A model generated the notes under the pieces. It was not told the DNA's origin, ran no database searches, and saw only the letters and a program-made list of their open reading frames with translations. Positions 54,528 through 64,000 of a DNA stretch of 64,000 bases are shown one piece after another. Each line of letters starts with the position of its first letter. The stretch's first letter is position 1. Position numbers and translations under genes: made by a program. The stretch is from a virus. The stretch lies in IMG/VR virus record IMGVR_UViG_3300022555_000009; one strand, written 5' to 3'.

Positions 54528-56093
54528 ATGTCAGGTTATAGAACTTTTAAGCGGAAGCTTGAGTGGTGGAGAGAGGCGGGCGAGAGGCCGGCCGATACAA
54601 GAATTACAGAAGGAACTAATACGGATAGTCATCCCTTGAGTGTTAATGAAACTTATAGTGGTGTGGCTACGAAACCTGGTTGGGACGGAGTAGGCGGTGC
54701 CAAGCTCAAGTATGCAAGTGGCAAGGGCGCTGTCAGAGGGTCCGGCCAGCCTAGTTTCGGCAAGGATGGATACAACGCTTCTAAGGGTGTGGATATGAAA
54801 GACAACACCAAGAAGAAAGTTTCCTTGAAGAAGAAAGTAATCAAAGAAATGTTCGGAGATGAGGAACCAGAAGAGGACGAGTTTGAGCCTGCTGGTGGTG
54901 AATTTGAAGATCCCGATATGGGTGGAGATATGGAAGGGATGGAAGGGATGGAAGGCGGCGATGAGCTTCCTCCTGATCTAGAGAATCCCGATGAGCTCGA
55001 GGGCGGCATGGGCGACGAAGTTAATCCAGAAGATATCGTTATTACTATTAACGGCGTGGATTACGGAGTTACTCCTCTTCCTGGAGCTGGTGCAGAAGGC
55101 ATCGGCGGAGAGGGAGAATTCGAGGACGGGGGCGAGATGCCTGGCGAGGATATGGGTATGGGCGATGAAGACGACATGCCTGGCGAAGGCGAGGAAATGG
55201 AGTCTCCTGAGGAAGAAGAAGAGGAGCATCAGTTCGAGTCTCGCAAGAAAGTACAGAAGAGAGTTAAGGAAGCTAACAAGGTTGCTGAACTTCCCGACGG
55301 CGCACTATCAGGCACTGGTGACGGCCAGGTTCCCGAAGTTGCGGTTATGGGTAACCAGGCCTCAATGACTAAAGAATCAAGGAAGATTCTCATAAAGAGG
55401 AAGCTTGAGACTATTAGGAGAAAGAAAGTCCTAGAGAAGATCGCTCGGGCTAAGGAAGAGCGAGATACTCTGGGCGGCAAGAGAATCATGATATCTACAG
55501 AAGATGATACTCTTGAGAATGATACGGGTAAGCATGGCGATTGGGGCCAGGCGCCAAGAACACAAGGCGCGGCTTCCAAGAGGTCTGCTGTAAAGTTCTC
55601 TAAGTCCTCAGGTCAGCAAGAGCCCGGTGGAAATGGTGTTGGTCAGAAGGCCTCCGAGTCCACGAAGAAGCAGACTGCTGAGCAGAAGGAATTCAATGAG
55701 GCCCTTGCTAAGATTCGAGCTCGCAAGGCTCTGAAGGAGAAGGATCTAGATAACCTGGAGCTGAGGGATGGCAACGGCACCGGAACTGTTAATAATAAAC
55801 TTCTTCACCAGTTAGGCGATCTTCCTTTCGACGTGGGAGCAGATCAGGGAACAGTAACAACACCTAAGAGTGCTTCCGGTGGAAATTATGCTGACTCTGA
55901 TACAACTGTGAGGCACATGGTTACCGAGGCTAACTTCGATATGCGCGTAGATCCCAGCGTTGCTAGGAGAATCGAGAATATTCGAATTCGTCGAGAGCAG
56001 AGAGTCACGGAATCCAAAGCTGCCCCTAAGGCTGAGGAGACTTTGAACTTCAAGAAGCTTTTAGAGAACGGTTATAGCGGCTCAAAGAGATAA
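54528..56093 (+). CDS. Acidic prohead core / scaffold-like protein
   Basis: E/G/M-rich low complexity with recurring xxE|S/A motifs typical of T4-like head-maturation substrates. Confidence 0.5.
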   Translation: MSGYRTFKRKLEWWREAGERPADTRITEGTNTDSHPLSVNETYSGVATKPGWDGVGGAKLKYASGKGAVRGSGQPSFGKDGYNASKGVDMKDNTKKKVSLKKKVIKEMFGDEEPEEDEFEPAGGEFEDPDMGGDMEGMEGMEGGDELPPDLENPDELEGGMGDEVNPEDIVITINGVDYGVTPLPGAGAEGIGGEGEFEDGGEMPGEDMGMGDEDDMPGEGEEMESPEEEEEEHQFESRKKVQKRVKEANKVAELPDGALSGTGDGQVPEVAVMGNQASMTKESRKILIKRKLETIRRKKVLEKIARAKEERDTLGGKRIMISTEDDTLENDTGKHGDWGQAPRTQGAASKRSAVKFSKSSGQQEPGGNGVGQKASESTKKQTAEQKEFNEALAKIRARKALKEKDLDNLELRDGNGTGTVNNKLLHQLGDLPFDVGADQGTVTTPKSASGGNYADSDTTVRHMVTEANFDMRVDPSVARRIENIRIRREQRVTESKAAPKAEETLNFKKLLENGYSGSKR

Positions 56094-56113
56094 GTCCAAA
56101 TCTCTTTAAATAT

Positions 56114-56147
56114 AAAGTCCTCTCGAAAGAGAGGACTTTTCTTTTTA
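56114..56147 (+). terminator. Rho-independent terminator
   Basis: AAAGTCCTCTC-GAAA-GAGAGGACTTT. Confidence 0.8.
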
Positions 56148-56183
56148 TTTGCAATTAAAAGTTGGACTAATCATATATTATAT

Positions 56184-56963
56184 ATGAGAGGTAACATGAC
56201 ACTTATACTGACATCAGATATACACTATGGCCACAGCACTCTCGGCGATAAGTCCTTGTTTAAGGTGATCGATGAAATCAAGACTAAAAGTCCAGATGTT
56301 CTTATTATAGCGGGTGACTTTGGGTCCTCCTCCGAAGCAGAGCGAGCGGACTTTCTCCGAAGAATGAGAGAGGACCATGAGTTCAGTGCTCCTGTAGGTA
56401 TTGTAAATGGGAATCATGATTTTTGGGACTGGGATGGAGTTCGAACTAGCGCTGAAGAAGTATCGGCAATAAATGATTCCTTTTTTCTTCATAGGAATAT
56501 CACTCATCTTCAAGAGAAGGATATGGTTACCGGTAATGTAGTCATTACCGGATTCGACGGTTGGTACTCGAGTGATCCTCCCGTCAACGACCCCAGGTAT
56601 ATTCCAGGCTATTCTCGAGGAGGAAAGGAGTGGCTTAGGACTCGGGCTGAGACGGGCTTTGCTAGATGCCTAGGTACTTGTGCGGCAGCTAAGGCAGGTG
56701 GAAAAACTACTGTCATAGTTACGCACTTTGGATTCTTCGATCACATAAAGGATTGGAAGTCTGGAACTATGAGAAACTGGGGCGCCGAGCCTGACTGGTT
56801 TGGGGGAAATCCCAAGTGGGAAGATTTCCTGGGGGACGTCGATTATGTTCTCTTTGGGCATTCCCACCGAGCTTTCGATGGTCTTTCTAAGAATGGTCAC
56901 ACACGGTTGATCAATTGTGGTAGCGATTATAATAATCCCAAGTACGTAGAGATTAAGATGTGA
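56184..56963 (+). CDS. Calcineurin-like metallophosphoesterase
   Basis: SDIH, AGD, GNHD, TH and GHSH motifs. Confidence 0.88.
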   Translation: MRGNMTLILTSDIHYGHSTLGDKSLFKVIDEIKTKSPDVLIIAGDFGSSSEAERADFLRRMREDHEFSAPVGIVNGNHDFWDWDGVRTSAEEVSAINDSFFLHRNITHLQEKDMVTGNVVITGFDGWYSSDPPVNDPRYIPGYSRGGKEWLRTRAETGFARCLGTCAAAKAGGKTTVIVTHFGFFDHIKDWKSGTMRNWGAEPDWFGGNPKWEDFLGDVDYVLFGHSHRAFDGLSKNGHTRLINCGSDYNNPKYVEIKM

Positions 56964-57232
56964 AGGAAAATTAGATGACAGACAAAGAGTATGCTGAGGA
57001 AGCAAAGAACATAGAAGTTCATATCGATATGATGGTCGATGATACTATGAGGGCAGCTGCTTTTTGTTCTGTTGAGCATGATCTGCACTTCCAGGTATTC
57101 CGGCTTATTCAAGGTTACCGTGAGGCTCTTGAAGAGCTTGCTGAGTTGAAAAAGACCGTAAAAGATACGGTATAGAATTTCATATATACGGAAGAAAAAG
57201 AACAAAATAATTCCAAAAAATTCGACTTTTAG

Positions 57233-57274
57233 TTGCCACCGAAGGACTTCGTAAACTTATATTATATATGTAAG
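57233..57274 (+). promoter_or_regulatory. Putative early promoter
   Basis: TTGCCACCGAA-N-CTTATATTATATATGTAAG. Confidence 0.7.
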
Positions 57275-57560
57275 GGGGTCAGGAAATGAAAGAGTTCACG
57301 ATTCAGTCCTTGACTGGTTGTACGCGCGGCATGGTTCAGAAAGTGTACGGCAACCGCGATTGGGTTCCTGGGCAGGAAGTCAAGCTCAACGCACTTCCGA
57401 CCGCCATTCTTTACAAAGTCATCAAGGTGGCCCAAGCATGAAACTTTACTCAATCCGGTTCGTAAAGCCCTATAAGTGGAGCATCTGGTATGAGGGATGA
57501 CTCTTGTAAAAAGGAGTTCTTCTCCATCGATCTCACTTCCATCCATAACGAGGAGCCACT

Positions 57561-57833
57561 ATGAACTCACGCAAAGGCGACTGCCCTGAGACCGACGAAG
57601 AGCTGTACCGCACTCTCGACAAAAGGAATAAGAAGCCTATGAAAATCAAGCCGTCGAAAATGTCTTTGGAAGAGTTTCTCGGGACTCTTGTTCTCGAGCG
57701 CGCCAAGTACAACGAGGACTTTAAACTCTCGGAGGTCGGATTCTGGATTGACCAGTATGAACTCTACCAGAGGGGTTTCAGGGACGGGGACATGCACGAC
57801 AGCACCCTCGTCATTCTTTCGAGAATGGAGTAA
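57561..57833 (+). CDS. Hypothetical early protein
   Basis: GAGGAG RBS. Confidence 0.5.
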   Translation: MNSRKGDCPETDEELYRTLDKRNKKPMKIKPSKMSLEEFLGTLVLERAKYNEDFKLSEVGFWIDQYELYQRGFRDGDMHDSTLVILSRME

Positions 57834-57836
57834 ATT

Positions 57837-58046
57837 ATGAACGTGGCCATCACCATAAAAATCCCGTCTGAGGATGTTGCGGAGATACTGCGGACTTACT
57901 TTGCTGGCCAGTACCCAGGGTTGCGGCCGCTCGGAGCTGCGAGGATTGATATCGAGATGGTAACAGCGGACCGCCCAGGGGAGGTCGACAAGGCTATCTT
58001 CAAGGGAATCTCCATTGATTTCACGAAGAATCTTCCCGAAAGGTGA
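57837..58046 (+). CDS. Hypothetical early protein
   Basis: GGAG RBS. Confidence 0.5.
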   Translation: MNVAITIKIPSEDVAEILRTYFAGQYPGLRPLGAARIDIEMVTADRPGEVDKAIFKGISIDFTKNLPER

Positions 58047-58048
58047 TC

Positions 58049-58331
58049 ATGAAAACATGGCTTCACTGTTGGTCAGCCAGCCACAATCGCGATAGGCAGC
58101 GACTCTTACCCTGCAGTCGTTGTAAGGGTTACACCTAAGACAGTCATAGTCCAGCATGTCAAGACCGGACCGAATAAGTGCCAGTGGCCTAATCAGGACT
58201 TCGAGGCCTACCTTGATCAGCCCGATGGATTCGATAAGATATTCTATAAGAACACGCGCGGCGGTTACCAGTCCGGTTGCTACCGACTTTATATTGGTCG
58301 GGCCGTGTTTTATCAGGACCCGGGCTTCTAA
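58049..58331 (+). pseudogene. Conserved phage protein with a +1 frameshift just after the start (missed by the ORF track)
   Basis: ATG AAA a CAT GGC...: HGFTVGQPATIAIGSDSYPAVV...GRAVFYQDPGF*. Confidence 0.55.
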
Positions 58332-58342
58332 GGAGTGGAGAA

Positions 58343-58690
58343 ATGAGTACACGAGCCGTTATCGTTCTCAGGGACTACTCTCAGCACGAATTGAGGTTCT
58401 ACAAACATGGTGATGGTGGCCCGTCGGATACCCTACCTACTCTCGAGAAATTTCTCGACTGGGTTGAAACCCGACGGATTCGCAGCAATCTCCAGCAGGC
58501 GGCTGGCTGGCTCGTAATCCTTGGTAATACTGAACTCGGTGGATTCAGAGAGCCGAATCCCGACGATAAGTTCATGGGCTGGAAAGCCAGTATTTTCGAA
58601 CCCATGCCCGATTATGACAGCGGCGATGATGCTAGGTTCCAGTACATCATCGACCTCGAAAAAAAGACTATTGAAGTAAAGGGAGAATAA
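58343..58690 (+). CDS. Conserved phage protein
   Basis: MSTRA......FYKHGDG.P motif; GGAG RBS. Confidence 0.6.
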   Translation: MSTRAVIVLRDYSQHELRFYKHGDGGPSDTLPTLEKFLDWVETRRIRSNLQQAAGWLVILGNTELGGFREPNPDDKFMGWKASIFEPMPDYDSGDDARFQYIIDLEKKTIEVKGE

Positions 58691-58692
58691 AG

Positions 58693-58896
58693 GTGAGTAA
58701 TGAGACGTCGACCTCGAATAATGGTGGTATTGGATTTACCGGGCTTTTGACGATAGTATTTATCGTCCTCAAGCTCTTGGGTAAGATAGACTGGTCCTGG
58801 TTCTGGGTGCTGAGTCCCCTTATTTTTAGCGCAGGTCTTGTAGTCCTGATTCTTATCATCGCTCTTATCATCGCTCTTCTCATCGAGCTTTCCTAA
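58693..58896 (+). CDS. Small membrane protein
   Basis: GIGFTGLLTIVFIVLKL.GKIDWSWFWVLSPL motif. Confidence 0.65.
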   Translation: MSNETSTSNNGGIGFTGLLTIVFIVLKLLGKIDWSWFWVLSPLIFSAGLVVLILIIALIIALLIELS

Positions 58897-58944
58897 TAAT
58901 AATTCAATAGACGATCTATATTCTTAAGGTACAAGGAGACATAT

Positions 58945-59832
58945 ATGTCAGATGTTCTTAATCGTAGACTGAGGGGTTCAGATCATAGTCTGGACCCCTA
59001 TTTCTCTGTAAAAAGAGAGAGGCTACTTACTTCCAGTGGTGAGTATGTGGGATTCGATGCCCTCATCAATTCAAAACTCAACAAGACGCTCAGTGTCGTG
59101 GGAGAATCCTATCACTTCGTTCCTCACAAAACGGCATCTCAGACGGTGCATGATTTTCTCGACGCGACAAAACTTAACTACGTGATTAAGTTTATTAGAA
59201 CCGCCGCCAACGGAGCTCAGTACTTCGAGGTCATCGAATTCCCAGATCTGAAGTTCGAGGTTCTACCGAAGGGAAAGGATACGTCCTTAGACGCTGACAA
59301 GCATAAGCCAGACGAGTACGTGCCCACCATCACTGTTCGTAGCTCCTACGACAAGTCCTACCCGACTCAGTTTGCCTACGGCGCTTTCCGCTACATCTGC
59401 ATCAACGGGGTAATGGTTGGAATCGATATCAGTAAGCTTTCGATTCGTCATAATCAGAAACTCGTGGTCGGAGACGTCCAGAATAGCTTCGAGGAGAACC
59501 TCGAGAAGTCTATCGAAAGCTTGAAGGTTAGAATTCCTGAGCTCAACGAACTTGAGGGTCAGGAATTCGCTGAAGAGTTCCTTTTCAACAGGACCCTTCC
59601 TGCTAAGTTCAAGAAGGATATTGTAGAGATGGCGGGACCTGCAATCTCTAGCTACTACGACACTATGACTTCACCTTCTGGTCGCACGAAGCAGGTTCTG
59701 AAGTCCATCGATACGGACATGTCTGCTTACGCAGTCATGAATATCATCACCAGCCTTGTTTCCCATAAGGCTAAGAACGCTGCAAAGCAGCAGGGAATGT
59801 ATAATATGGTGGCTAAAGTCTTTGATCTTTAA
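58945..59832 (+). CDS. DUF932-like protein
   Basis: LSVVG..Y..V.H, SSYDKS, FRYICINGV and IRH motifs. Confidence 0.7.
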   Translation: MSDVLNRRLRGSDHSLDPYFSVKRERLLTSSGEYVGFDALINSKLNKTLSVVGESYHFVPHKTASQTVHDFLDATKLNYVIKFIRTAANGAQYFEVIEFPDLKFEVLPKGKDTSLDADKHKPDEYVPTITVRSSYDKSYPTQFAYGAFRYICINGVMVGIDISKLSIRHNQKLVVGDVQNSFEENLEKSIESLKVRIPELNELEGQEFAEEFLFNRTLPAKFKKDIVEMAGPAISSYYDTMTSPSGRTKQVLKSIDTDMSAYAVMNIITSLVSHKAKNAAKQQGMYNMVAKVFDL

Positions 59833-59843
59833 AAGGGGGTAAA

Positions 59844-60161
59844 GTGGGGCCTAACAACTACATAACAGCGAGTACAACGACTTACGCGACAAATACAGGG
59901 TATTACTATGATGCGCAGCCTCAGTATGTTTACTACGTTAATTCGGGCTTTGCAGCAAATAATCAAATATCGCCCGGGCCGATTTTCGAGCCGGTAGAGA
60001 AATCAGAACCAGAAAAACTATCGATTCGACAAACTATGATGGAGGAATTGATAAAGAGGTTGGAGTCTATATACATTAGTATAAGCAGTATTGAAATGCC
60101 TAAGCAGCGCTCAGACCTACGTGCAGACCTACGTGCCGAGCTACTACTTAGGCTAGCTTAA
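59844..60161 (+). CDS. Hypothetical protein
   Basis: GGGGG RBS with GTG start. Confidence 0.4.
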   Translation: MGPNNYITASTTTYATNTGYYYDAQPQYVYYVNSGFAANNQISPGPIFEPVEKSEPEKLSIRQTMMEELIKRLESIYISISSIEMPKQRSDLRADLRAELLLRLA

Positions 60162-60176
60162 AAGTGAGGAGAGAAT

Positions 60177-60485
60177 ATGAAGATGATTGATAAGATTCGT
60201 AAGGCTACGGATGAGGTGATCGATGAGCTCAAGTGGCCTCTTCGTGTAAAGCAGATTGAGAGGGCGGCCGAGTCCTTCCAAGACACCATCGAGAGTGATC
60301 GCCTGACATCAGAGCAGAAGCTGGTCGATCTCCAGAAGAAGCTTACCGAGGTGAAGACCGAGGACGAAGCTCGGAAGATTTGGAAGAGCATCGCAGAGGC
60401 TCGTATTGCCCTCGAGGAGACTGATCGCCTTGCCCAGATCGTTAAGAAGGAGCGTGATCTCCTCTTCGGCACTGTAAAGGAGTAA
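60177..60485 (+). CDS. Coiled-coil hypothetical protein
   Basis: GAGGAG RBS. Confidence 0.6.
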   Translation: MKMIDKIRKATDEVIDELKWPLRVKQIERAAESFQDTIESDRLTSEQKLVDLQKKLTEVKTEDEARKIWKSIAEARIALEETDRLAQIVKKERDLLFGTVKE

Positions 60486-60656
60486 CATGAGGGTGCCTAA
60501 GCATATTAAATTTCAACGCAAGTTGGAAATCTACGCCAAGGTGCTACCTCTTCTCGAGGCCGGCTTGAAGCACTCCGAGGCATATAAGTGTGCTTCTCTT
60601 CTAACAGGGTATTCATACAGTACAGTATATAGATACTGCGAAATACCTAATTACTG

Positions 60657-60689
60657 AAAAAAAACCCCGTCATTGAGACGGGGTTTTTT
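60657..60689. terminator. Bidirectional terminator
   Basis: AAAAAAACCCCGTC/GACGGGGTTTTTT between convergent genes. Confidence 0.8.
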
Positions 60690-60694
60690 ATACG

Positions 60695-63600
60695 TTAAAA
60701 ATCTGTAATTTTTACGAATGGTGCTGATGTGTCAGTATTCTTTTTAGAGGCTATGAGCCACGACGTAGCTAGGTCATCTAATAGATTGTCATTTTTAGCC
60801 TTAGCGAATAATTCTCCATATACTAGGATTTGAAAAGTATTAAGAAAAGTTCTCATTTGATCAGGAGTTACTTTTTTAGGATTTGAGAACTGAGCAAGAT
60901 AGTCTTTCAGATCTGAAGCCTCATAGCGAACTCCCGGAAGCATTTTTTTAACAACTGAGGCTTTTTTAGAAAAATCTATCAGCACTTCTGGCGACAGTGT
61001 TTTCCACTTGGCCGTATCTACTCCATTGGGTTTATGCATCCCATACTTCGCAAACCACTCAGCAACCTCTGGAGATCCCGTTGCCTTGCCTAAAGCAGCT
61101 TGGGCTCCTTTTTTCTTAAACTCTACTGTTACAGATCTGACCTCCGAAGAATTACTACCAATTCTCACGGTGTAGTCTCCGGATCCATTTAAATCTTTCA
61201 TGACACCAGTTACTGTTACTGTTCCTAGATTAATAGGAAAAGAAATGAATTCTAGTTTAGGTAGAATGTGAGACTCTGGATCATCTCCGTACTCTACTTT
61301 TGCGGCCTTTTTAACTTTCTTTAAGCTAACCCCAATAATAGTTTTGCTCTCCAAAGCTTTAGCTAAGAAGTCATTTACTAACTGTAATTTTTCTTCTTTA
61401 GAATCGGTCGAATTTCCTATTCTCTCGAAAACACTGCGAATGTTATCTAGCTTAGTAGATTTACATATATAAATATCCGATGGATTCCAACTATCTGCAG
61501 ATTTAAATCCCAAAGAAGTGGCCATGTGTTTTACTAGGTCGTGTATATCTCCACCGGCAGTTTTTGGGAACGTTGTCCGGCCCCTAGAGTAGATATACTC
61601 TTTTCTATTTCCTATCCATTTAGTAAAAGCTCTAGCAGATTCAGTTATGGAATGATGCCACCCCTTGTCGCAATCAGGAAATAATTTCTGAAGTTCTTTC
61701 AGAGAAGCTTCTACTCCTAATTCGTTTAATTTATATAAAGCAAACGCTGTAGCAGTCTCCTGCTGCTCTGTTCTAGCCGTGGCGTCGCCCATCTTATTTC
61801 CTACTCCAGGGGTTGGTTTAAACTGGAGGGAGAAGGGATCTAAGGAAGGATCTTCTATGACAGGTCTATCACCTATTTTCATTACATGAATATGTAACTT
61901 AGCTGCAACTAAGTCAGCTGCTTCATTTCTATCAATGCCTGCGGTTGACCTAACATTCAATCTGATCTTTCCATCTTTACTATTTACCTTCTTAATAGTC
62001 TGCAGATTGTTCTTTGCTAAGAATTTATCCATTTGGTCTTGGGTCGTTTTTTCCTTTAAAGATTCGTGTACCTGCTGGAAATTCAAGGCAGAGAAAGTCA
62101 ACCTGTCTACCAGTTTTATTATATTTCCGTCGATATCAGATACGGCGAAACCCTCTTGTCCGGTCAGCTTGAATGATCCATCAGGTTCCCGTATGAAGGG
62201 AGTCACTCTAGGTAAATTATTTAACTTACCTATCAGGTAGTTCTTTAATTCAACAAGTCCAGCTTGAAACATAAGTAGGTTGCCGAATTCCTCTCGTTTT
62301 GTTTGTCCAAAGTATTCCTGCACACTCGCTATTTTAGACTTCGCTGAGTAATTTTCTGGTAGCCATTTCAAAAATTCTTCCACATATTTATTGATATCTC
62401 CGAACTGGAAATTCTGGCCTACGCCGTAATTTTCAAATCTGATCAATAGGTCTCTTAAAGTAGGCTTTGCAGCTACCTCATTAGCGAAGTCTTTACACTT
62501 TTCAAAAGCTTCTGATGTCTTGTTCTGCAATCCGACGCACTCATAGGATTCTTCTTCAGTTAAGGTTACTTTGCCAACCAGGGAAGGCAGATTAGAGTCT
62601 ACCGCAAATAATCCTTGCACAGGATTTAATTTAGATATATCTACATCTCCGAAAGACTTTGTTTCGGCTGCTGTCCTTAAGTCATTACCCCTTACGATTG
62701 TATGGAAGGCAACACCGGCATCACTAGATAAGATTCTCTGACCCAGATCCGTGTCTATTTCAACAGCGTACGTTAAGGTGTTAGGTGTAAATATAACCCA
62801 TTGCTTACCCTGCTCATCCGTTCTTTGTTCTAGGTCTTCCTTTGTGAATAAGAAATCGCCGCACCATAACTCGCCATCAGGAATTCCTAATTGAGGAATA
62901 TAATGCAAAGAGATTTTCAATTCATTAGCAAGGTTAGGCTTATCTCCATATCGTGCGTCTATCTCTTCATCAGTTTGAAAAATCTGCGGCTGCTTGGGAG
63001 AAAATGTATTCTTCATACCGACGAAAGGCCCATTGACACCAGGATAATTATTACCGAATACTGTAAAATGAGAACCATCCCATTTCATAGTAGCAGTGAC
63101 TTCTTCTTCAGGGGTGTTGCCTTGTAGCTCCGAAAATAAAGAGCCGAGGTAGCGCATAGCCTTCTCACCGCCAATGGCACCTTCGTTGTATACAAGATCC
63201 TCTATGTGAGGGATATTAGCTCCACCTTTCTCGTTGAGCTCATCTACTTTTCCAAGCCCTTGGCAATAAGAGCATTCGACTACTTCTCCGTTTAATTTTT
63301 GCCGGGTACCTTTGCCCTGGCATACAGGACACTTACCTACCATCTCTGTCAGCCCAATAGGTGCTTTCTGATGCGTCAAGAAATCGTCAACGTAAGCTCT
63401 AAAATTCTCAGCTAGATCAGGGGGGAATGTCTGCTTTACTTTATCCCAAATATATTCTAAGGGCTGCACTAAGTCTGTTGCGGTCCAGGGTTCACTAGAC
63501 TCAGAAGAAATAAGTCCTGCTACCTCATCTGGATTCGTTATCAAAGGGATAGAGGGATCTTTCTTCCCATTCGCATCTCGCTTAAAGACTCCTTGATTAT

Positions 63601-64000
63601 TTATGCCATAGCCTAGTTGTTTCATGATAGCTGCAAGAGCCCCTACTCTTCCAATAGGGCCATACTTAGACTCACCAAGGCCAAATCCAGCATACTTAAA
63701 TGACAACCAGTTAAGCTCACCTAGCATTAAGTCTATCTGAACATGCTTGTCTGTCTCATTACCGGCCTCATCGAATTGAGGAAACAATACACTCACCTGA
63801 TTAAATCCTACAGATGGTGCACACTTAAAGCCTTCTTTTTCAAAAGCTGCCGTTATAGTTTTCAGATCTAAATCGCTTTGTACGCCTAAGTCGATATCTC
63901 CATTGTCAGGTTTCTTACCTGTAGATCCGATAGGCCGGTACTCAACTCCAGGTATGAGTCTTTGAAGAAAAGGGTCGAATTTCTCCAAAGTTGGCAGAAT
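60695..64000 (-). CDS. Multidomain protein (Pol-beta-like nucleotidyltransferase + Zn finger + ligase-like/DUF6267-like + PD-(D/E)xK-like nuclease); 5'-truncated
   Basis: GSTGKK.D.GDIDL; CPVCQGKG..CSYCQGLG; HIEDL..KWDG..GDFLF..EGF..KLVDR; WNPSDIY..GVSLKK. Confidence 0.65.
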   Translation of the reverse strand: MLPTLEKFDPFLQRLIPGVEYRPIGSTGKKPDNGDIDLGVQSDLDLKTITAAFEKEGFKCAPSVGFNQVSVLFPQFDEAGNETDKHVQIDLMLGELNWLSFKYAGFGLGESKYGPIGRVGALAAIMKQLGYGINNQGVFKRDANGKKDPSIPLITNPDEVAGLISSESSEPWTATDLVQPLEYIWDKVKQTFPPDLAENFRAYVDDFLTHQKAPIGLTEMVGKCPVCQGKGTRQKLNGEVVECSYCQGLGKVDELNEKGGANIPHIEDLVYNEGAIGGEKAMRYLGSLFSELQGNTPEEEVTATMKWDGSHFTVFGNNYPGVNGPFVGMKNTFSPKQPQIFQTDEEIDARYGDKPNLANELKISLHYIPQLGIPDGELWCGDFLFTKEDLEQRTDEQGKQWVIFTPNTLTYAVEIDTDLGQRILSSDAGVAFHTIVRGNDLRTAAETKSFGDVDISKLNPVQGLFAVDSNLPSLVGKVTLTEEESYECVGLQNKTSEAFEKCKDFANEVAAKPTLRDLLIRFENYGVGQNFQFGDINKYVEEFLKWLPENYSAKSKIASVQEYFGQTKREEFGNLLMFQAGLVELKNYLIGKLNNLPRVTPFIREPDGSFKLTGQEGFAVSDIDGNIIKLVDRLTFSALNFQQVHESLKEKTTQDQMDKFLAKNNLQTIKKVNSKDGKIRLNVRSTAGIDRNEAADLVAAKLHIHVMKIGDRPVIEDPSLDPFSLQFKPTPGVGNKMGDATARTEQQETATAFALYKLNELGVEASLKELQKLFPDCDKGWHHSITESARAFTKWIGNRKEYIYSRGRTTFPKTAGGDIHDLVKHMATSLGFKSADSWNPSDIYICKSTKLDNIRSVFERIGNSTDSKEEKLQLVNDFLAKALESKTIIGVSLKKVKKAAKVEYGDDPESHILPKLEFISFPINLGTVTVTGVMKDLNGSGDYTVRIGSNSSEVRSVTVEFKKKGAQAALGKATGSPEVAEWFAKYGMHKPNGVDTAKWKTLSPEVLIDFSKKASVVKKMLPGVRYEASDLKDYLAQFSNPKKVTPDQMRTFLNTFQILVYGELFAKAKNDNLLDDLATSWLIASKKNTDTSAPFVKITDF

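Noticed and set aside
1-64000. Genome-wide TAG or TGA reassignment
   Set aside because: Long genes are intact under code 11 and all three stop codons terminate well-defined genes

Overview
64 kb fragment of a large lytic, T4-like or jumbo dsDNA phage genome; no host chromosomal genes are evident. In order it contains: virion and neck genes (1-4.7 kb); a nucleotide-metabolism / 7-deazaguanine cluster (dUTPase-like, MazG-like, TGT/DpdA-like, NMP kinase, yhhQ, queC, folE2, with queD at 47.6 kb); DNA ligase and early genes behind a repeated TTGCCACCGA-N-CTTATATTATA promoter; a very large tRNA/ncRNA region (about 20.3-34.5 kb plus outliers at 39.5 and 44-45 kb; about 40 tRNA or tRNA-like genes) with an RNA ligase and two homing endonucleases; rIIA/rIIB, Pth2, thioredoxin, NUDIX, dUTPase and a Cas4-like exonuclease; a large terminase with two class-3-type inteins; a scaffold-like protein; and a multidomain virion-type protein. 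The most striking signal is a ~45-nt A5-hairpin-C(A/T)GCA element present four times. It occurs twice as an insertion inside tRNAs (Leu-AAG, Asn-ATT) and twice in permuted form, once around a circularly permuted tRNA and once around a bare Tyr anticodon stem-loop, suggesting an undescribed tRNA splicing/circularisation system. Other oddities: tRNAs nested inside broken tRNAs, homing endonucleases carrying replacement copies of the locus they disrupt, D-arm-less tRNAs, a 122-nt mini-tmRNA and an amber suppressor tRNA. All calls come from reading the sequence by eye; no searches were run. Several homopolymer frameshifts suggest possible assembly indels.
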